64,000 nucleotides of DNA from Propionibacteriaceae bacterium. GTDB lineage: Bacteria; Actinomycetota; Actinomycetes; Propionibacteriales; Propionibacteriaceae. How positions within the stretch are numbered: the stretch's first letter is position 1; every line of letters begins with the position of its first letter. The notes below the pieces were generated by a model. It did not search any database. It worked only from the letters and a program-made list of their open reading frames with translations, and was not told the DNA's origin. Positions 62,419 through 64,000 of this stretch are shown here, in pieces. Made by a program: the position numbers and the translations under genes. The stretch lies in NCBI GenBank assembly GCA_031262485.1, contig JAISHO010000037.1:123166-187165 (forward strand), in the 5' to 3' direction.

Positions 62419-64000
62419 ATGCGCACACGCGATCGTGGAACCACATCACCACAACGGGAAATGGCGCTCGGCGCCGCGATCTTCTTGGTCGCCTCCCTCA
62501 TCACCTTCTCGCCGCAGGCCGCGACGCCGGCCCGGGCGGATTACGCCACGGGTGGCTCCGGCATCTACAAGGGCGTCATCAACTGGATGCCCTGGGGCGG
62601 GGGGGCCTCGGGAACCGATCAGAAACTGCTTGTCAATGGCGACAGCTCGACGGTCACCCAGACGATCGGAACCTCGCAGCTCGTGACGACCTGCACCCTC
62701 GACTCCATCGGCTCAGACCACAGCACGAACACGATTTACTCTTATCGCTCCGGCGATTGGTATGGCGACGCCCTCGACAATCTCTACAACATTGGCCATG
62801 ACGGCAACACAAACGCCCTCATCGCCGGGATCTCGAATGGGACCCAGACCATCAAAAACGCCGGATCGATGTATTTCAACGTTCGCTGCAACGCGACACT
62901 CGATGGGGCAGCCATTCCCATCAAAGGTCTCGTCATCGCCGACGCCGAGCAGAACAATAACGCAGGCAGCGACACCGAATACATCGCCGCTCAACCCCTC
63001 AGCACCGAGATCAGCAAGGTGACCGCGTGGCGTCTCCTCGAGCGTTATCGCGCCACCGGATGCACGACGTCGACGAACGCCGTTCTCAACACAACTAACC
63101 AACGTGTCGATCTGAAATCGAGCGCCGAGCAGTGCAATCCTGCCAGCGTCGGCCCCGGGCCGATCGCCCTCGCCTATATGGAAGGGGTCTCGAACGCCGC
63201 CATCGTCATCAACTCGGCAAGCGGAAATGTCTCGGCCATCTCTTTCGGCACCGTCCTCGGCCTCGACTACGGCGACGCTCCCGCCACCTACGGCGACGCC
63301 GGCGCCGTGTACCAAGGCACGTTCACGGGCGGGAATCTCGCCTCCGGCACCAATGACACCTTCACGATGACGCCGGCCATCCTCAACCAACCGTCCATCC
63401 GTCTCGGCGCCGGCGTCACCGCCGACCCCGCCGCCCTCCACGACAACACCGACACCAACGACGACGGTCTGACGGCCACCGCCTCGGTCACCGCCGCCCC
63501 GGGGACGACCTACACCTACCCGACCGCAGTCACCTGTTCGGGCGAGGGATCGGCCGTGGCGGCCTGGCTCGACTGGAACGGCAACGGCGTCTTCGACGCG
63601 GGAGAGAAGTCCACACAAACCACCTGCTCGAGCAACGCCGCCACCCTCAGTTGGACGGTGCCCTCCGACGCCGTCGCCCAGCAGAACTCCTGGCTCCGGG
63701 TGCGGATCGGCCCGGCTGGGACGACGTTGGCCGCGACCGGCGCGACGACGAGCGGCGAGGTCGAGGACTACCAGCTCACCCGCGTCGAGATGACCGACTA
63801 CGGCGACGCCCCGGCCAGCTACGGCACCGCCCAGCACCTCATCACGACGATCACCTCGACCGGCGGCACGCCCGCCGGCACGGCGGGCACGACGACCCTC
63901 ATGCTAGGCTCCTCGATCGACTTGGAGGCGGCCCCGGCGACCTCGGCCGACGCCACCGGTGACGACAGCCTCAACACTGACGACGAGACCGGCGTCACCG
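62419..64000 (+). CDS. Second giant-adhesin paralogue (N-terminal 527 aa only; continues beyond window)
   Basis: Own translation (frame open to the window end, so absent from the ORF track): MRTRDRGTTSPQREMALGAAIFLVASLITFSPQAATPARA/DYATGGSGIYKGVINWMPWGG...GLDYGDAPATYGDAGAVYQGTF...AAWLDWNGNGVFDAGEKS...SGEVEDYQLTRVEMTDYGDAPASYG... It is collinear with residues ~40-560 of the 4,979-aa protein. Confidence 0.85.
   Translation, partial: MRTRDRGTTSPQREMALGAAIFLVASLITFSPQAATPARADYATGGSGIYKGVINWMPWGGGASGTDQKLLVNGDSSTVTQTIGTSQLVTTCTLDSIGSDHSTNTIYSYRSGDWYGDALDNLYNIGHDGNTNALIAGISNGTQTIKNAGSMYFNVRCNATLDGAAIPIKGLVIADAEQNNNAGSDTEYIAAQPLSTEISKVTAWRLLERYRATGCTTSTNAVLNTTNQRVDLKSSAEQCNPASVGPGPIALAYMEGVSNAAIVINSASGNVSAISFGTVLGLDYGDAPATYGDAGAVYQGTFTGGNLASGTNDTFTMTPAILNQPSIRLGAGVTADPAALHDNTDTNDDGLTATASVTAAPGTTYTYPTAVTCSGEGSAVAAWLDWNGNGVFDAGEKSTQTTCSSNAATLSWTVPSDAVAQQNSWLRVRIGPAGTTLAATGATTSGEVEDYQLTRVEMTDYGDAPASYGTAQHLITTITSTGGTPAGTAGTTTLMLGSSIDLEAAPATSADATGDDSLNTDDETGVT

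Noticed and set aside
62713-63837. 374-aa minus-strand ORF and other small ORFs (62307-62801, 62435-62686, 63651-63962) overlapping the second adhesin gene.
   Set aside because: These are antisense or alternate-frame shadows. The frame starting at 62419 is open to the window end and is collinear with the giant adhesin N-terminus.

Overview
High-GC actinobacterial chromosomal segment. Most of it is core metabolism on the minus strand, and it ends in an accessory surface-adhesin locus. Left to right: a partial MaoC/HadA-like dehydratase, rpmG, a tRNA-Met/Thr/Tyr cluster, xthA, a GT-C membrane glycosyltransferase and korAB. Then comes an unbroken 55-kb run of 34 co-directional minus-strand genes: a transglutaminase-membrane protein/DUF58/MoxR triad, a polyprenyl diphosphate synthase, the complete complex I operon nuoA-N, a geranylgeranyl-reductase-family flavoprotein, a whole-pathway trpE-G-D-(C.F)-B-A operon preceded by an OYE flavin oxidoreductase, ettA, an SSB paralogue, two tandem membrane-associated dynamin-like/P-loop GTPases, a PrsW protease, oligoribonuclease, a small lipoprotein, and a 4,979-aa sortase-signal surface protein made of 35 tandem ~120-aa repeats. 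A second, paralogous adhesin gene starts head-to-head 310 bp away and runs off the window. I saw no rRNA, CRISPR array, transposase, integrase or recognisable defence/toxin genes. The best candidate for something undescribed is the twin giant-adhesin locus, which has mirrored promoters, a centred palindrome and homologous structured leaders. Secondary candidates are the GTPase pair with degenerate G3 motifs, the MoxR-DUF58-transglutaminase triad, and the unusual wiring of the trp operon. All start codons I refined are in frame with the ORF-track stops. All functional calls rest on motifs and recalled family knowledge, not on database searches.
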